DNA from: an uncultured Gammaproteobacteria bacterium
Lineage (GTDB): Bacteria; Patescibacteriota; Microgenomatia; Levybacterales; UBA12049
NCBI GenBank assembly: GCA_964613075.1
Contig: CAZTFV010000001.1
Coordinates: 23,521-63,963 of the forward strand
DNA: 40,443 bases
Reading direction: 5' to 3'
Numbering within the stretch: position 1 is the stretch's first letter; the number at the start of each line of letters is the position of its first letter. This document shows, piece after piece, positions 1 to 9,889 of the stretch. Made by a program: the position numbers and the translations under genes. The notes beneath the pieces are model-generated. The model was not told where the DNA came from and ran no database searches. It saw only the letters and a list, made by a program, of their open reading frames with translations.

Positions 1-54
1 TTTAATAATTTTACATTTCAGACATCGTTTTTTAACACTTGCATGCACCTTCAT
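1..54 (-). CDS. rpmJ: 50S ribosomal protein L36, 5' part only (runs off the left window edge)
   Basis: Reverse complement of 1-54 reads ATG AAG GTG CAT GCA AGT GTT AAA AAA CGA TGT CTG AAA TGT AAA ATT ATT AAA = MKVHASVKKRCLKCKIIK. This is the canonical L36 N-terminus with its first CxxC. It lies downstream of infA as expected. It is missing from the ORF track because it is truncated. Confidence 0.6.
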   Translation of the reverse strand, partial: MKVHASVKKRCLKCKIIK

Positions 55-126
55 AAGACGTAAATGGTTGAATAGTTAAATGGTTACATGGTTCTGACAT
101 TTTAACCATTTTAGCCATGTAGCTAT

Positions 127-345
127 TCATCTGTATCTGTATACTATTCTGCCTTTGGTCAAATCATATGGCGTCATCTCAATCCGAACTTTATCTCCGG
201 GAAAAATTTTAATAAAATGCATCCGCATTTTGCCCGAAAGATGACAAAGAACAACCACCCCATCATCTAGTTCTACCCGAAATAATGTGTTGGGGAGTGA
301 TTCTCTTACCACTCCGTCTTTCTCAAATGATCCTTGATGCGCCAT
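127..345 (-). CDS. infA: translation initiation factor IF-1
   Basis: 72 aa with an S1-like fold sequence ([62 protein letters not shown]). Position after map fits. Confidence 0.95.
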   Translation of the reverse strand: MAHQGSFEKDGVVRESLPNTLFRVELDDGVVVLCHLSGKMRMHFIKIFPGDKVRIEMTPYDLTKGRIVYRYR

Positions 346-392
346 AAAGAGATCGGATAATTATAGCAAACCAGCCTCGAATACGCAACAAG

Positions 393-1169
393 TTAGGCTG
401 TCAGTATCTCCGGCTCTTTTTCAGTGATTAATACCGTTCGTTCAAAGACGCCCGAAATACTCCCATCCTTTGTCGCAATCGTCCACCCGTCACTCCCTTT
501 ATAAACAACTTCTCTTGATCCCATATTATAAATGACCTCAATCGCAATCGTCATTCCCGGCCGCAGCAGGGGAGTTTTTTCAATCGGATCAAGCAAAAAT
601 CCCGGCACCTCGGGCGCTTCATGTAATTCTCTTCCTACTCCGTGTCCAACAAGACTCCGCACGATCGAGTACCCGCCTGTTTTTTCAACAATATCTTGTA
701 TCGTTTTGGAAATGTGCCCGATTCTGTTCCCCGGCCTTACCTGCTTGATCGCTTCCTCAAGCGCCAGCTTCCCCGTCTCTAAAAATTTTTCCTTTTCTTT
801 GTTGATTGTTGTTTGTTGATTGTTGTTTGTTGAAACCAGAATGGTTTCTGCCATATCGGTATGGAATCCTTTGTAGAAAACCCCGCAATCAATGCCGGCA
901 ACATCGCCTTCCTTATAGGCATAGTGCGTGGGCACACCGTGAACTACCACATCATTTGTTGAGACACAAATCGCATGATGATAGCCTTTCACTTTCTTAA
1001 AGCCGGGCGCTGCGCCTTTTTCCAAAATAAGTTTTTCAGCCAAGCTATCAATCTCAGACTCTGTAACACCAGGTTTAATATGTACAACTACTTCAGAAAG
1101 TACCGCTGCTAAGATCCTCCCACCCTCCCGCATGGCTGCAATCTCATCCGGCTTTTTTATGTCTATCAT
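393..1169 (-). CDS. map: type I methionine aminopeptidase
   Basis: 258 aa with MetAP-I motifs (ICVSTNDVVVHGVP, GDVAGIDCG, VGHGVGRELHEAP, IAIEV). Position between adk and infA fits. Confidence 0.93.
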   Translation of the reverse strand: MIDIKKPDEIAAMREGGRILAAVLSEVVVHIKPGVTESEIDSLAEKLILEKGAAPGFKKVKGYHHAICVSTNDVVVHGVPTHYAYKEGDVAGIDCGVFYKGFHTDMAETILVSTNNNQQTTINKEKEKFLETGKLALEEAIKQVRPGNRIGHISKTIQDIVEKTGGYSIVRSLVGHGVGRELHEAPEVPGFLLDPIEKTPLLRPGMTIAIEVIYNMGSREVVYKGSDGWTIATKDGSISGVFERTVLITEKEPEILTA

Positions 1170-1732
1170 ACGCTTTTTCCTCTCAGTCGCTGATGCAATG
1201 CATCAAGTTTTTTATGCATTGCTTCCAAGTCAGCATTATTCTCAATCAAATAATCAGCAATCGCAATCGGTCCTCCCTTATCTAATTTCTCAATTTCCAT
1301 CACATCCCGCAGCCTTGCCTGCTTGAGAGTAAACGGACGCACCGGCCGATCCGCCAATCGTTTATATCTGAGACTGGGCTCTGCATATACATGAATTAGT
1401 TTCAAACCCGCAAATATACCCTGCAAATACGTATATTCTGCCCACGAATAAAGACCATCAATAGCCAGAATATTCGTATTCCCGATACGTTCCTCTATTT
1501 TTGGCCTTACTTTTATGGCATATGCGGCCATACCCAATTCTTTTCGGATTTTCTCCCGATACATCTGCTCATTTTCTGGCGTAACCGGCAAAGAAAGAGC
1601 TGCTAACCCCTCATCGGTAATATCGCCGAATCTGATAAAAGGAATTCCGATCTTGGATAGATAAGAAGTTGCCTCTGATTTCCCGGCACCCGGCATACCC
1701 ACCAGAGCGAGGATAAGTGTATTATTGGCCAT
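1166..1732 (-). CDS. P-loop nucleotide kinase-like protein (dephospho-CoA-kinase-like / UPF0200-like)
   Basis: 188 aa with a Walker A motif (GMPGAGKS) close to the N-terminus and a small kinase-like length. Its start overlaps adk and its end overlaps the start of map. The exact substrate is not inferable. Confidence 0.6.
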   Translation of the reverse strand: MANNTLILALVGMPGAGKSEATSYLSKIGIPFIRFGDITDEGLAALSLPVTPENEQMYREKIRKELGMAAYAIKVRPKIEERIGNTNILAIDGLYSWAEYTYLQGIFAGLKLIHVYAEPSLRYKRLADRPVRPFTLKQARLRDVMEIEKLDKGGPIAIADYLIENNADLEAMHKKLDALHQRLRGKSV

Positions 1733-2270
1733 TGCCTTTTATTTTACGCATTATTTCTTTATGAATCTCCTCAATGCTTTGCTCGCCGTCAATTTCTATA
1801 AATTTCCCTTTTTTCCGATAATACTCAAGTACCGGCTCTGTAAACTTATGAAAAAGGTTGATTCGTTTTCGGATAGCAGGGAGCGTTTCATCTTCGCGTA
1901 CTTCTCCTCTGCGGCCTGAGATCCTCCACAGCGATTCTTTGTCGCTTATTTTCAAATAGATAACGGCATCAATGCCGTTTTTAAATTTCTCAGCTTGCGT
2001 TACTGTCCGGGGAAATCCATCAAGAATGTACCCATTTTTGTATTCAGGACGGGACAGATATTCACTTACTATCTTTAGTGTTTTTGCATCTGGAATAAGC
2101 AGCCCTGCAGTCATAACGACTTTTATCTGTTGTCCCAATGGAGTATGTTCTTTTGCAATTTTTCGAAAGATATGTCCTGTTGAAAGATACGGTACGCTTA
2201 ATTTCTCTGCTAACAACTGTCCCTGTGTTGATTTTCCAGACCCTTGAATACCGATCAATATGATCTTCAT
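1722..2270 (-). CDS. adk: adenylate kinase (short form)
   Basis: 182 aa, MKIILIGIQGSGKSTQGQLLAEKL...GYILDGFPRT. Conserved position after secY. Confidence 0.92.
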   Translation of the reverse strand: MKIILIGIQGSGKSTQGQLLAEKLSVPYLSTGHIFRKIAKEHTPLGQQIKVVMTAGLLIPDAKTLKIVSEYLSRPEYKNGYILDGFPRTVTQAEKFKNGIDAVIYLKISDKESLWRISGRRGEVREDETLPAIRKRINLFHKFTEPVLEYYRKKGKFIEIDGEQSIEEIHKEIMRKIKGNGQ

Positions 2271-2398
2271 AATAGTTTTTGATGTTAGACGCTAGAAACT
2301 AGATGTTAGAATTTGATGTTAGACATTAGAAGTTTGAAATATCTACCTTCCAACTTCAAGGTCCAGCTTCTAGCTTCTATCGTCTAGCCTCAACTCAC

Positions 2399-3688
2399 CT
2401 ATCTCTTAAGGAATCCTTCGTAATTCCGCATCACCAGCTGTGCCTCAATTGCCTTAAACGTCTCAAGCACAACACTCACCACGATAAGAATACTGGTGCC
2501 GCCAAGAAGAAGCGTCTGTATACCGGTAATTGACTGGACAACTGTCGGCATAACTGCAATGATACCTAAGAATATCGCGCCGACCAAGGTGATACGCGTG
2601 AGAATATAGTTAAGGTATGCGCTTGTGGGACTACCTGGTCTGATACCCGGAATAAATCCGCCGTATTTTTGAATCTCTTCAGCGATTTTCTTCGGATTAA
2701 AAACCACAGCCGTATAGAAAAAGGTAAACCCGACGACCAACAGGAAATAAATAACATTATAAGGAATGTCTGTTGGCTGAAGCCACGTTGTCATAAATTG
2801 ACCAATACTGTTAAGGATAGCATTTTTCGAAACAAGTAAATAATTTCCCAGCAGGGACGGAAGAAGAACCAGTGATACGGCAAAAATGATTGGGATAACA
2901 CCCGCCTGATTAAGCCGAAGCGGTAAATGAGTCGATTGACCACCATACATCTTATTTCCACGCACCCGTTTTGCGTAATAAACAGTAATCTGCCGAACAG
3001 CTTCGTTGACAACAATAATCGCTGCAATAACCAAAATACCCATCGCCATAAATGCCAATAATCCCAATGCACTTTCTGCAGTTACTGTAGAGAGTGTCTG
3101 TCCTGCCACAACCGGCAGCCTTCCGACAATACCAGCAAAAATAAGAACCGAAATCCCATTTCCCACGCCCCGTTCAGTAATAAGCTCCCCAAGCCACACG
3201 AGAAGCATCGTCCCGGTAACCATGACGGCCAAAAAAGAAAGAAGCGATAGGGGATCAAGTATTCCTATAATGCCTTGGCTGCGAAGAAGTGCATACATAC
3301 CAATCGCCTGAAGAAACGCAAGCGGCACTGTCAGGATCCTTGTGTACTGGTTAATTTTCTTGCGTCCCTGCTCTCCCTCTTTTTGCATTTCTTCAAGTTT
3401 CGGAAAAACCATGGTCAAAAGTTGCAAAATAATTGAGGCATTAATATAAGGATTAAGACCAAGCGCCATAATGGAAAAATTTGCCAATGTCCCACCTGAA
3501 AAGATATCCAAGAGGCCAAGGAATTGATTCTGAGAAAAAAGGTTTTTTAATTGATTTACATTTACACCGGCAACAGGAATATGAGCAAAAATACGAAATA
3601 CCAGGAAAATAGCCAAGGTAAAAAGAATTTTCTTGCGAACCTCAGGGGTCCGGAAACTATTTCTCAAAACGGAAAAAAACTTGTTCAT
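2399..3688 (-). CDS. secY: preprotein translocase subunit SecY
   Basis: 429 aa polytopic membrane protein with SecY-typical segments ([27 protein letters not shown]). Follows rplO. Confidence 0.96.
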   Translation of the reverse strand: MNKFFSVLRNSFRTPEVRKKILFTLAIFLVFRIFAHIPVAGVNVNQLKNLFSQNQFLGLLDIFSGGTLANFSIMALGLNPYINASIILQLLTMVFPKLEEMQKEGEQGRKKINQYTRILTVPLAFLQAIGMYALLRSQGIIGILDPLSLLSFLAVMVTGTMLLVWLGELITERGVGNGISVLIFAGIVGRLPVVAGQTLSTVTAESALGLLAFMAMGILVIAAIIVVNEAVRQITVYYAKRVRGNKMYGGQSTHLPLRLNQAGVIPIIFAVSLVLLPSLLGNYLLVSKNAILNSIGQFMTTWLQPTDIPYNVIYFLLVVGFTFFYTAVVFNPKKIAEEIQKYGGFIPGIRPGSPTSAYLNYILTRITLVGAIFLGIIAVMPTVVQSITGIQTLLLGGTSILIVVSVVLETFKAIEAQLVMRNYEGFLKR

Positions 3689-4137
3689 GGAGTTGAATCG
3701 TATGCAACGCTTCCCCCGGCTTTTTCAATCTTCTTAGCGGCCTGCTTTGATACTGCCAACCTCACCTGAAGCGGTACAGTCAGCTCGCCATCACCGAGGA
3801 TTTTTACACCATACGTTTTCGCATCTTCTTCTGATACAATCCGATGTTTAACAAGCGCTTGGACATCAACAACGCTGTTTTTCGGCAGGAGATTAAGCGC
3901 CTTTACATTAATAATAACAGGTGTTGGCTTAAATACTTTGTTTTTTCCTTTCCCTCTGTGAAACGGGAGGCGTTTTATCAACGGCAAAGCGCCTCCTTCA
4001 AAGGAAAGAGGGATGCTGGAACGCGCCTTTTGTCCTTTTGTACCCCGCCCGGCAGTCTTTCCCCGACCGCTTCCATGTCCTTGCCCGAGTCTTCTTCCTT
4101 GGCGCTTGGTAATTTTTTTCATATGTGCTAAATTCAT
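3685..4137 (-). CDS. rplO: 50S ribosomal protein L15
   Basis: 150 aa with a glycine/arginine-rich N-terminus ([25 protein letters not shown]). Operon position fits. Confidence 0.95.
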   Translation of the reverse strand: MNLAHMKKITKRQGRRLGQGHGSGRGKTAGRGTKGQKARSSIPLSFEGGALPLIKRLPFHRGKGKNKVFKPTPVIINVKALNLLPKNSVVDVQALVKHRIVSEEDAKTYGVKILGDGELTVPLQVRLAVSKQAAKKIEKAGGSVAYDSTP

Positions 4138-4140
4138 AAC

Positions 4141-4650
4141 TCAAGCACCCTTCCCTTCCCGCGACTTCTCAGCTTTCTCTCTTGTATAGCGATCCTCAAG
4201 AATCCGAAGCGCCGCAAGCGTTGCCAATACGTTACTGGCCTGATTACTCGTACCCAAAACTTTTGATGATACGTTCGTAATCCCTGCTGCTGACACAACG
4301 CTTCGTACTGCTCCTCCTGCGATAATACCGCTTCCGGGAGGTGCCGGCTTAAGCATAACTCGTGCCGCACCCACCTTGACATCAACCCGGTAGGGAATCG
4401 TACCATTGACAATAGGAGCATGCACCAAATGCTTACGTGCAAGTAAAATCCCTTTCCTGATTGCCGAGGAGACATCAGGCGCTTTCCCCAAACCTACCCC
4501 TACTCGTCCTTTCTTATCACCCACAACCGTCAGAGCGGAAAAGCCGATCTTATTCCCGCCTTTCGTTTTTTTCGAAACTCGATTAATCTTTACCACCTGC
4601 TCTGAAAATTCATCTCGTGGCTTACCAGGATCAAATTGCATTCTTGCCAT
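4141..4650 (-). CDS. rpsE: 30S ribosomal protein S5
   Basis: 169 aa, [34 protein letters not shown]. It directly abuts rplO (3-nt gap), so no L30 gene lies between them. Confidence 0.96.
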   Translation of the reverse strand: MARMQFDPGKPRDEFSEQVVKINRVSKKTKGGNKIGFSALTVVGDKKGRVGVGLGKAPDVSSAIRKGILLARKHLVHAPIVNGTIPYRVDVKVGAARVMLKPAPPGSGIIAGGAVRSVVSAAGITNVSSKVLGTSNQASNVLATLAALRILEDRYTREKAEKSREGKGA

Positions 4651-4652
4651 AC

Positions 4653-5000
4653 TTAGAACTGCAAGCCTCCTTCCCTTGCCCCTTCTGCAACCGCCTTTAC
4701 TCGTCCGCGATATGCATAGCTCCCCTTATCAAATACAACCTGTTTTATTTTCTTACCCTTGGCCATTTTTGCCGCCTGCATACCCACCATCTTTGCTTTT
4801 TCAAGCCGTGTGCTTTTTGACTCTTTTCCCAACTGCTTTTCAGAAACACTCACCAATGTTTTACCATTCGCATCATCAATCACCTGGGCGTACATATACT
4901 GATTTGACCGAAAGACAGAAAGCCTCGGCCTTTCCTTCGTGCCCTGGACTTTCTTTCGTACTCTCGTTTGCCTTCTTACTCTTTTTACTATCCTATTCAT
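4653..5000 (-). CDS. rplR: 50S ribosomal protein L18
   Basis: 115 aa, [20 protein letters not shown]...[26 protein letters not shown]. Confidence 0.95.
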   Translation of the reverse strand: MNRIVKRVRRQTRVRKKVQGTKERPRLSVFRSNQYMYAQVIDDANGKTLVSVSEKQLGKESKSTRLEKAKMVGMQAAKMAKGKKIKQVVFDKGSYAYRGRVKAVAEGAREGGLQF

Positions 5001-5031
5001 AATTTTTAATTTTTCATTTTTAACTTTTAAT

Positions 5032-5583
5032 TTACTTTGTTCCTACTGCTTTCGCCGCTTTACCGGCTTTCCTTCGTATCCATTCTCCCATATATTTTAT
5101 CCCCTTCCCTTTGTACGGTTCAGGTGGCCTGACCGAGCGGATTCGTGCCGCCATATCACCGACCAATGTTTTATCCGCACCCGATACGGTAATCACGTTC
5201 TCCCCGACACTAAATGTAATTCCCTTCGGAGGAGCAATTTTTACCGGATGGGAAAACCCCAAAGACAAAACCAATTCCGACCCTTGAACCTGTGCCCTAT
5301 ACCCGACACCCGAAAGTTCCAATTTTTTCTCAAAACCCGAAGATACACCTTTCACCATATTCGCGATAAACGCGCGAGTGAGGCCTGAAAGCGCAGGCCC
5401 ATTCGGATTATTCGCATCAGTCTGCTTAACAATAAGCTTTCCATCCTGCAGGGCAACAGTAATACCTGCCGGAACAACAAATTTCCCTTCACCTTTCGGC
5501 CCGTTTACCGTAACGACGTTGTTATGTATATTGACAGTAACGCCTTCCTGAATTATTACCGGTAATTTTCCTATCTTAGACAT
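5032..5583 (-). CDS. rplF: 50S ribosomal protein L6
   Basis: 183 aa, [17 protein letters not shown]...[21 protein letters not shown]...[11 protein letters not shown]. Confidence 0.95.
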   Translation of the reverse strand: MSKIGKLPVIIQEGVTVNIHNNVVTVNGPKGEGKFVVPAGITVALQDGKLIVKQTDANNPNGPALSGLTRAFIANMVKGVSSGFEKKLELSGVGYRAQVQGSELVLSLGFSHPVKIAPPKGITFSVGENVITVSGADKTLVGDMAARIRSVRPPEPYKGKGIKYMGEWIRRKAGKAAKAVGTK

Positions 5584-5592
5584 ATACTATAT

Positions 5593-5657
5593 CCTGAGCT
5601 CGCTTGCCCTGCTCGCCCTGAGCTTTGTCGAAGGGAGCTTGCCGAATGGGTCGAAGG
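5593..5657. repeat. composite copy of a dispersed GC-rich hairpin repeat (CCTGAGCT..GTCGAA.GG family)
   Basis: The rpsH-rplF spacer reads cctgagctcgcttgccctgctcgccctgagctttgtcgaagggagcttgccgaatgggtcgaagg. It shares ctcgcttgccctgagcttgtcgaatggg with 11598-11626 and the core with 17442-17459 and 6084-6101. Confidence 0.6.
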
Positions 5658-5658
5658 A

Positions 5659-6048
5659 TCACCAGATACTAAAAAGCAGCTCTCCTCCCACGCCTTTTTT
5701 TGCCGCATCCGATCCTGTCATAATTCCCTGTGACGTTGATACAACTGACAGCACTGCATCTTTATACTTCTCTACTGCCTCATGTGCACTGACGTATACC
5801 CGAAGTGAAGGTTTTGAAACGATTCGCACTCTTGTCAATGCCGGTCTTCGCCTGACATACCGAAGGGTTGTCTTAAGAATTCGCTTGTTATCGACAGTTT
5901 CTTCTTTTAACTCAGCCAAAAAACCTTTCTTCAGCAAAAGCTTACCGATCTCAAAGGTAATATTTGAATATGGCGCAACAACTACCTGTCGTCTGGCCAA
6001 ATATGCATTTTTAATCCGTAAAACAAAATCCGCTACTTGATAATTCAT
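5659..6048 (-). CDS. rpsH: 30S ribosomal protein S8
   Basis: 129 aa, ADFVLRIKNAYLARRQVV...TSQGIMTGSDAAKKGVGGELLFSIW. Confidence 0.95.
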   Translation of the reverse strand: MNYQVADFVLRIKNAYLARRQVVVAPYSNITFEIGKLLLKKGFLAELKEETVDNKRILKTTLRYVRRRPALTRVRIVSKPSLRVYVSAHEAVEKYKDAVLSVVSTSQGIMTGSDAAKKGVGGELLFSIW

Positions 6049-6083
6049 ATAAATAATTTTTCCTTTTTAATAGTGAGCAGTTT

Positions 6084-6101
6084 ACCCCGAGCTCGTCGAG
6101 G
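6084..6101. repeat. short copy of the dispersed GC-rich repeat
   Basis: ccccgagctcgtcgaggg in the rpsN-rpsH spacer matches the pattern CCnGAGCTnGTCGAnGG seen at three other sites. Confidence 0.45.
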
Positions 6102-6105
6102 GAAA

Positions 6106-6291
6106 CTACCAGCTTGACTTCAATACTCCCGGTAACTCGCCTTTTGAAGCTAATTCCCGAAAGCACACTCTGCACAAACCGAAGCGGCGTAAGTACGCGC
6201 GAGATCTACCGCAAATACTGCAGCGATTTACCTGTCGCACCGCAAATTTTTGCTTTTTCTGAAATTTAACAATATCCGATACTTTTGCCAT
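6106..6291 (-). CDS. rpsN: 30S ribosomal protein S14, short zinc-binding (type Z) form
   Basis: 61 aa with CSICGRS...CRVCFRE (two CxxC motifs). Lies between rplE and rpsH. Confidence 0.94.
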   Translation of the reverse strand: MAKVSDIVKFQKKQKFAVRQVNRCSICGRSRAYLRRFGLCRVCFRELASKGELPGVLKSSW

Positions 6292-6318
6292 ATTAGTCGC
6301 TTTGCTCCATATGCGCTT

Positions 6319-6867
6319 TTAACTTTCCACTTTCTGAAATGGCATACCCATTGCCTCAAGAAGCGCCATACCCGTCGCATTATCTTGCCCCGTCGTGACA
6401 AAGATAATTTCCATCCCCTGCATCCGCTCAACACTCGCAGGATCTATCTCAGGAAATACGGCGTATTCGGAAAGTCCAAGTGCATAATTTCCCTGTCCGT
6501 CAAAACTCTTCCTGCTGACTCCATGAAAATCCCGAAGCCTTGGCAGAACTATCTTAACCAGCCTGTCAAAAAACATATACATCCGTTTCCCGCGAAGCGT
6601 CACCACCGCACCGATTTCATCGCCTTCACGAAGTTTAAAACTCGCAATCGACTTTTTTGCCTTTACGATCTTTGGCTTCTGCCCGGTAATAGTAGAAAGT
6701 GCCTTTGCTGCCCGTTCAATATTCTTCTTATCCGCAACCGCGTCTTTCACTCCCATATTGATAACTATCTTTACAAGACGCGGCACAGCCATCAGATTAG
6801 CAACACCCATTTTCTGCTTCAGATCACTCATAATTGTTTGATTAAATCTTTGCTGTAAACCTTCCAT
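6319..6867 (-). CDS. rplE: 50S ribosomal protein L5
   Basis: 182 aa, NLMAVPRLVKIVINMGV...FDGQGNYALGLSEYAVFPEID. Confidence 0.95.
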   Translation of the reverse strand: MEGLQQRFNQTIMSDLKQKMGVANLMAVPRLVKIVINMGVKDAVADKKNIERAAKALSTITGQKPKIVKAKKSIASFKLREGDEIGAVVTLRGKRMYMFFDRLVKIVLPRLRDFHGVSRKSFDGQGNYALGLSEYAVFPEIDPASVERMQGMEIIFVTTGQDNATGMALLEAMGMPFQKVES

Positions 6868-6891
6868 ATTGTTATATTTTTTTTATTCGCA

Positions 6892-7197
6892 TTAAATAGT
6901 TTTTTCGCAATTCTTACAGATGCGAGTTTTTTCTTTCCCCTCAAATGAATAACCGACTCTGGACGGCTTTTTACATTTCGGACATATAAAGGCAACATTC
7001 GCAACCGGTAAGGGCTTTGTTATAGTGATAATCTCCGATTTCTTATTTCGATCTCGTGATTTCAAATGTCTTTTATACTGATTCACCCCTTCAACAACGA
7101 CCCTATCTTCTTTCGTCAAAACCTGAAGGATCTTACCGCTTTTCCCTTTATCTTTTCCTGCTACAACATTTACTGTATCTCCTCTTTTAAGTTTCAT
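6892..7197 (-). CDS. rplX: 50S ribosomal protein L24 (with a C-terminal CxxC...CxxC)
   Basis: 101 aa, KLKRGDTVNVVAGKDKGKSGKI (KOW motif). The C-terminus carries CPKCKK...CKNCEK. Confidence 0.93.
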   Translation of the reverse strand: MKLKRGDTVNVVAGKDKGKSGKILQVLTKEDRVVVEGVNQYKRHLKSRDRNKKSEIITITKPLPVANVAFICPKCKKPSRVGYSFEGKEKTRICKNCEKTI

Positions 7198-7222
7198 AAT
7201 TCTTAATTCCTAATTCTAAATT

Positions 7223-7597
7223 CTATACTACCTCTGTCGCCATACTGGTAATTTTCGCAAATCCCCGATCTCTCACTTCCCGAGCAATCGGTCCGAAAAT
7301 ACGTGTCCCGCGAGGATTTTTATCTTTCGGATTATCAATAAGTACTGCCGCATTATCCGAAAATCTGACATATGATCCATCCGATCTACGCTGCTCTTTT
7401 CTTGTTCGTATAACTACCGCTTTTACAATCTCCGAATCCTTGACTTGACCATTTGGGTTTGCCTGTCGCACGACGCAGTTTAAGATATCTCCAATAAAAC
7501 CAAATTTTCGTTTTGATCCGCCAAGCACATGGATAACCATAAGGGACTTAGCACCGGAATTATCAGCCACGGTAAGTATACTTCTGTGTTGTATCAT
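7223..7597 (-). CDS. rplN: 50S ribosomal protein L14
   Basis: 124 aa, [17 protein letters not shown]...[11 protein letters not shown]. Confidence 0.96.
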   Translation of the reverse strand: MIQHRSILTVADNSGAKSLMVIHVLGGSKRKFGFIGDILNCVVRQANPNGQVKDSEIVKAVVIRTRKEQRRSDGSYVRFSDNAAVLIDNPKDKNPRGTRIFGPIAREVRDRGFAKITSMATEVV

Positions 7598-7601
7598 AGG
7601 G

Positions 7602-7874
7602 TTATTTTTCTCCTTTCGACTGATTTATTACTGCAGAAATAGTAAAGTATTTATCTTTTGCTAATTTTCTTGTCTGACTAATAAGAACAGTGTCGCCAAC
7701 TGCCACATGCTTCCCATGCAGAGCAACTTTGTATTTCTTGCTCCGTCTCGATAGCTTCTTGTAAGTTGGATGAGGTCGTTTCCACACAACCTCAACCACT
7801 ACGGTTTCTTTCATGGCAAGAGATATAACGGTTCCTGTCAACATTCTAGGCATGATCGTTTTCCTTTCTCGCAA
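7602..7874 (-). CDS. rpsQ: 30S ribosomal protein S17
   Basis: 90 aa with the pattern RK..L.G.V.S..M..T.VV.V. The start is uncertain. Starting at 7874 overlaps rpmC by 29 nt, and an alternative ATG at 7853 overlaps it by only 8 nt. Confidence 0.9.
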   Translation of the reverse strand: MRERKTIMPRMLTGTVISLAMKETVVVEVVWKRPHPTYKKLSRRSKKYKVALHGKHVAVGDTVLISQTRKLAKDKYFTISAVINQSKGEK

Positions 7875-8052
7875 GTGCCGTGAGAATCTGCGCTATTTCA
7901 GTTCGTTTCCTTTTTAAAGAACGCGTATCTGTAAGCTTCATCTGTTCTTTTTCCATGGATAAGGAAAAAAGCGCATCTCTTGCGTCGGTCAAGAGCTTTT
8001 GCAGCTCTTCTTTTGTTTTATTGTGTAACTCTTTTACTTCTTGTATTTTCAT
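7846..8052 (-). CDS. rpmC: 50S ribosomal protein L29
   Basis: 68 aa helical protein (ELHNKTKEELQKLLTDARDALFSL). Lies between rplP and rpsQ. Confidence 0.92.
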   Translation of the reverse strand: MKIQEVKELHNKTKEELQKLLTDARDALFSLSMEKEQMKLTDTRSLKRKRTEIAQILTALARKENDHA

Positions 8053-8057
8053 AAAAG

Positions 8058-8471
8058 TTAATTGTGTGTCCTCTCTATTATCCGTGTCTTTACCGGTAAC
8101 TTATGTGACGCAAGGCGCAGCGCTTCAAACGCTATATCCCTCGTAACACCACCCATTTCAAAAAGTATCCTACCCGGTCTGACAGGTGCGACATACTCAT
8201 GAACGTCGCCTTTTCCTCCGCCCATGCGTACCTCCGGCGGCTTCTTGGTAATCGGTTTGTCAGGAAAAATTCTGATCCAGGTTCTGCCGCCACGCTGCGT
8301 ATAATGCGTAATTGACCGGCGGGCTGCCTCAATTTGCCGGCTCGAAACCCAACCAGTACTCTCAGCCGTCAAGCCATACTCTCCGAAGGAAAGCGCAACG
8401 CCATTTTGTGCATACCCTTTCATTTTTCCCCGCATTTGTTTTCTATACTTTACCCGTCTTGGTACTAACAT
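8058..8471 (-). CDS. rplP: 50S ribosomal protein L16
   Basis: 137 aa, [19 protein letters not shown]... Confidence 0.96.
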   Translation of the reverse strand: MLVPRRVKYRKQMRGKMKGYAQNGVALSFGEYGLTAESTGWVSSRQIEAARRSITHYTQRGGRTWIRIFPDKPITKKPPEVRMGGGKGDVHEYVAPVRPGRILFEMGGVTRDIAFEALRLASHKLPVKTRIIERTHN

Positions 8472-8501
8472 AAGTTACTTAAGTCACCTAAGGTACCTAG
8501 G

Positions 8502-9152
8502 TTACTTATTCTCTCCCCTATTGATCCAGACCTTAACGCCGATATAACCCTTCTTTGTCATCGCCGGCAGCTGTGCATAGTCTATATGCTCACGAATCGT
8601 CGAGAGAGGGACAGTCCCTTGCTGGATTTTTTCCCGTCTGCCGATATCAGAACCAGCGATTCGACCGGATAATAAAATCCTAACCCCTCTTGCTCCTGCC
8701 CCCATTACCCGTTCTGCATTTTGATTAAGGACGCGTTTATATGGAAGCCGACGCGATATTTGCTCAGCAACATTCCGGGCAACAAGATAGGCACTGAGAT
8801 TGGGTTCTTTTACCGGTTCTATCTGAATATCAATTTTCGGCATTTGCTTATTTCCCAAGCGCTGTTTCTGGAAAAATGACATAATAAATTTCTTCAGCTC
8901 CTCAAGACCTGTCCCCGCACGACCGATTACAATACCCGGCCGTGAAACATAAGCTATAATTTTTACACTATTGATCGATCGCTCAATCTCAACTCGATCC
9001 ACCCCTGCATTCTTCAATCGCTCCATAAGTGCGCGACGCAAGCGATAATCTTCAAGCACGGTATCTTTATATGCCCGCTCATCAAACCACCTACTATTCC
9101 AGTCAAAAACATTTTTGATTCGTACCAAATGTGGATTAACTTTCTGTCCCAT
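8502..9152 (-). CDS. rpsC: 30S ribosomal protein S3
   Basis: 216 aa, MGQKVNPHLVRIKNVFDWNSRWF...GRIAGSDIGRRE. Confidence 0.96.
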   Translation of the reverse strand: MGQKVNPHLVRIKNVFDWNSRWFDERAYKDTVLEDYRLRRALMERLKNAGVDRVEIERSINSVKIIAYVSRPGIVIGRAGTGLEELKKFIMSFFQKQRLGNKQMPKIDIQIEPVKEPNLSAYLVARNVAEQISRRLPYKRVLNQNAERVMGAGARGVRILLSGRIAGSDIGRREKIQQGTVPLSTIREHIDYAQLPAMTKKGYIGVKVWINRGENK

Positions 9153-9199
9153 ACAAATAAAGTCCTAAGTTATAAGTTACAAGTCCTAAGTAAATTGAC

Positions 9200-9565
9200 T
9201 TAGGATTTAGCACTTGTGACTTGTGACTTCCCCTCCTTTTCTTTCAATACTACTCTAATATGGCTACTCCGTTTCTTATATGGATGTATCCTGCCCCGTG
9301 TCGACGGGTGATAACGCTTTAAAAACGGCCCTTCCGTCACTTCAATGCTGCCGATCACAAGACCTGCTTTATCAAGCTTGGCATTATTTACCGCATTCGC
9401 AACTGCGCTCTTAAGTGTTTTTGCCAAAGGCGTCGCTGCTCGTTTCTCAAGCACAAAAAGCGCAGCCAAGGCATCATCAATCGGCATGTGCTTGACCGCC
9501 TCTGCAATCAAGCGTACTTTCCTCGGACTGATTCTGACTGATTTTGCTACTGCTTGTACTTCCAT
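9200..9565 (-). CDS. rplV: 50S ribosomal protein L22
   Basis: 121 aa, VRISPRKVRLIAEAVK...GPFLKRYHPSTRGRIHPYKKRSSHIRVVL. Confidence 0.95.
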   Translation of the reverse strand: MEVQAVAKSVRISPRKVRLIAEAVKHMPIDDALAALFVLEKRAATPLAKTLKSAVANAVNNAKLDKAGLVIGSIEVTEGPFLKRYHPSTRGRIHPYKKRSSHIRVVLKEKEGKSQVTSAKS

Positions 9566-9604
9566 AGTTTAAGTAACTTAAGCTACCTAAGATACCTAGG
9601 TAAC

Positions 9605-9889
9605 CTATGTCTTTGAGATCTCCCTTGCTACCACTCGACCGTGCGCTCTGAATGTGCGTGTCGGTGCAAATTCTCCCAAGCGATGGCCAACCATCGGCTC
9701 CATCACAAAAACATTTATAAATATCCGGCCGTTATGGACTGCGAAGGTATGGCCGACGAACTCAGGCGGAATTTGCGATGCTCTCGCCCAGGTCTTAATC
9801 GGCGTTTTGTCACCGCCAAGCTTTCGCCGCATGACTTTCTGCAATAGTTTTTGATCTATGTATGGACCTTTTTTGCTGCTTCTTGCCAT
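9605..9889 (-). CDS. rpsS: 30S ribosomal protein S19
   Basis: 94 aa, [13 protein letters not shown]......[25 protein letters not shown]. Confidence 0.96.
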   Translation of the reverse strand: MARSSKKGPYIDQKLLQKVMRRKLGGDKTPIKTWARASQIPPEFVGHTFAVHNGRIFINVFVMEPMVGHRLGEFAPTRTFRAHGRVVAREISKT

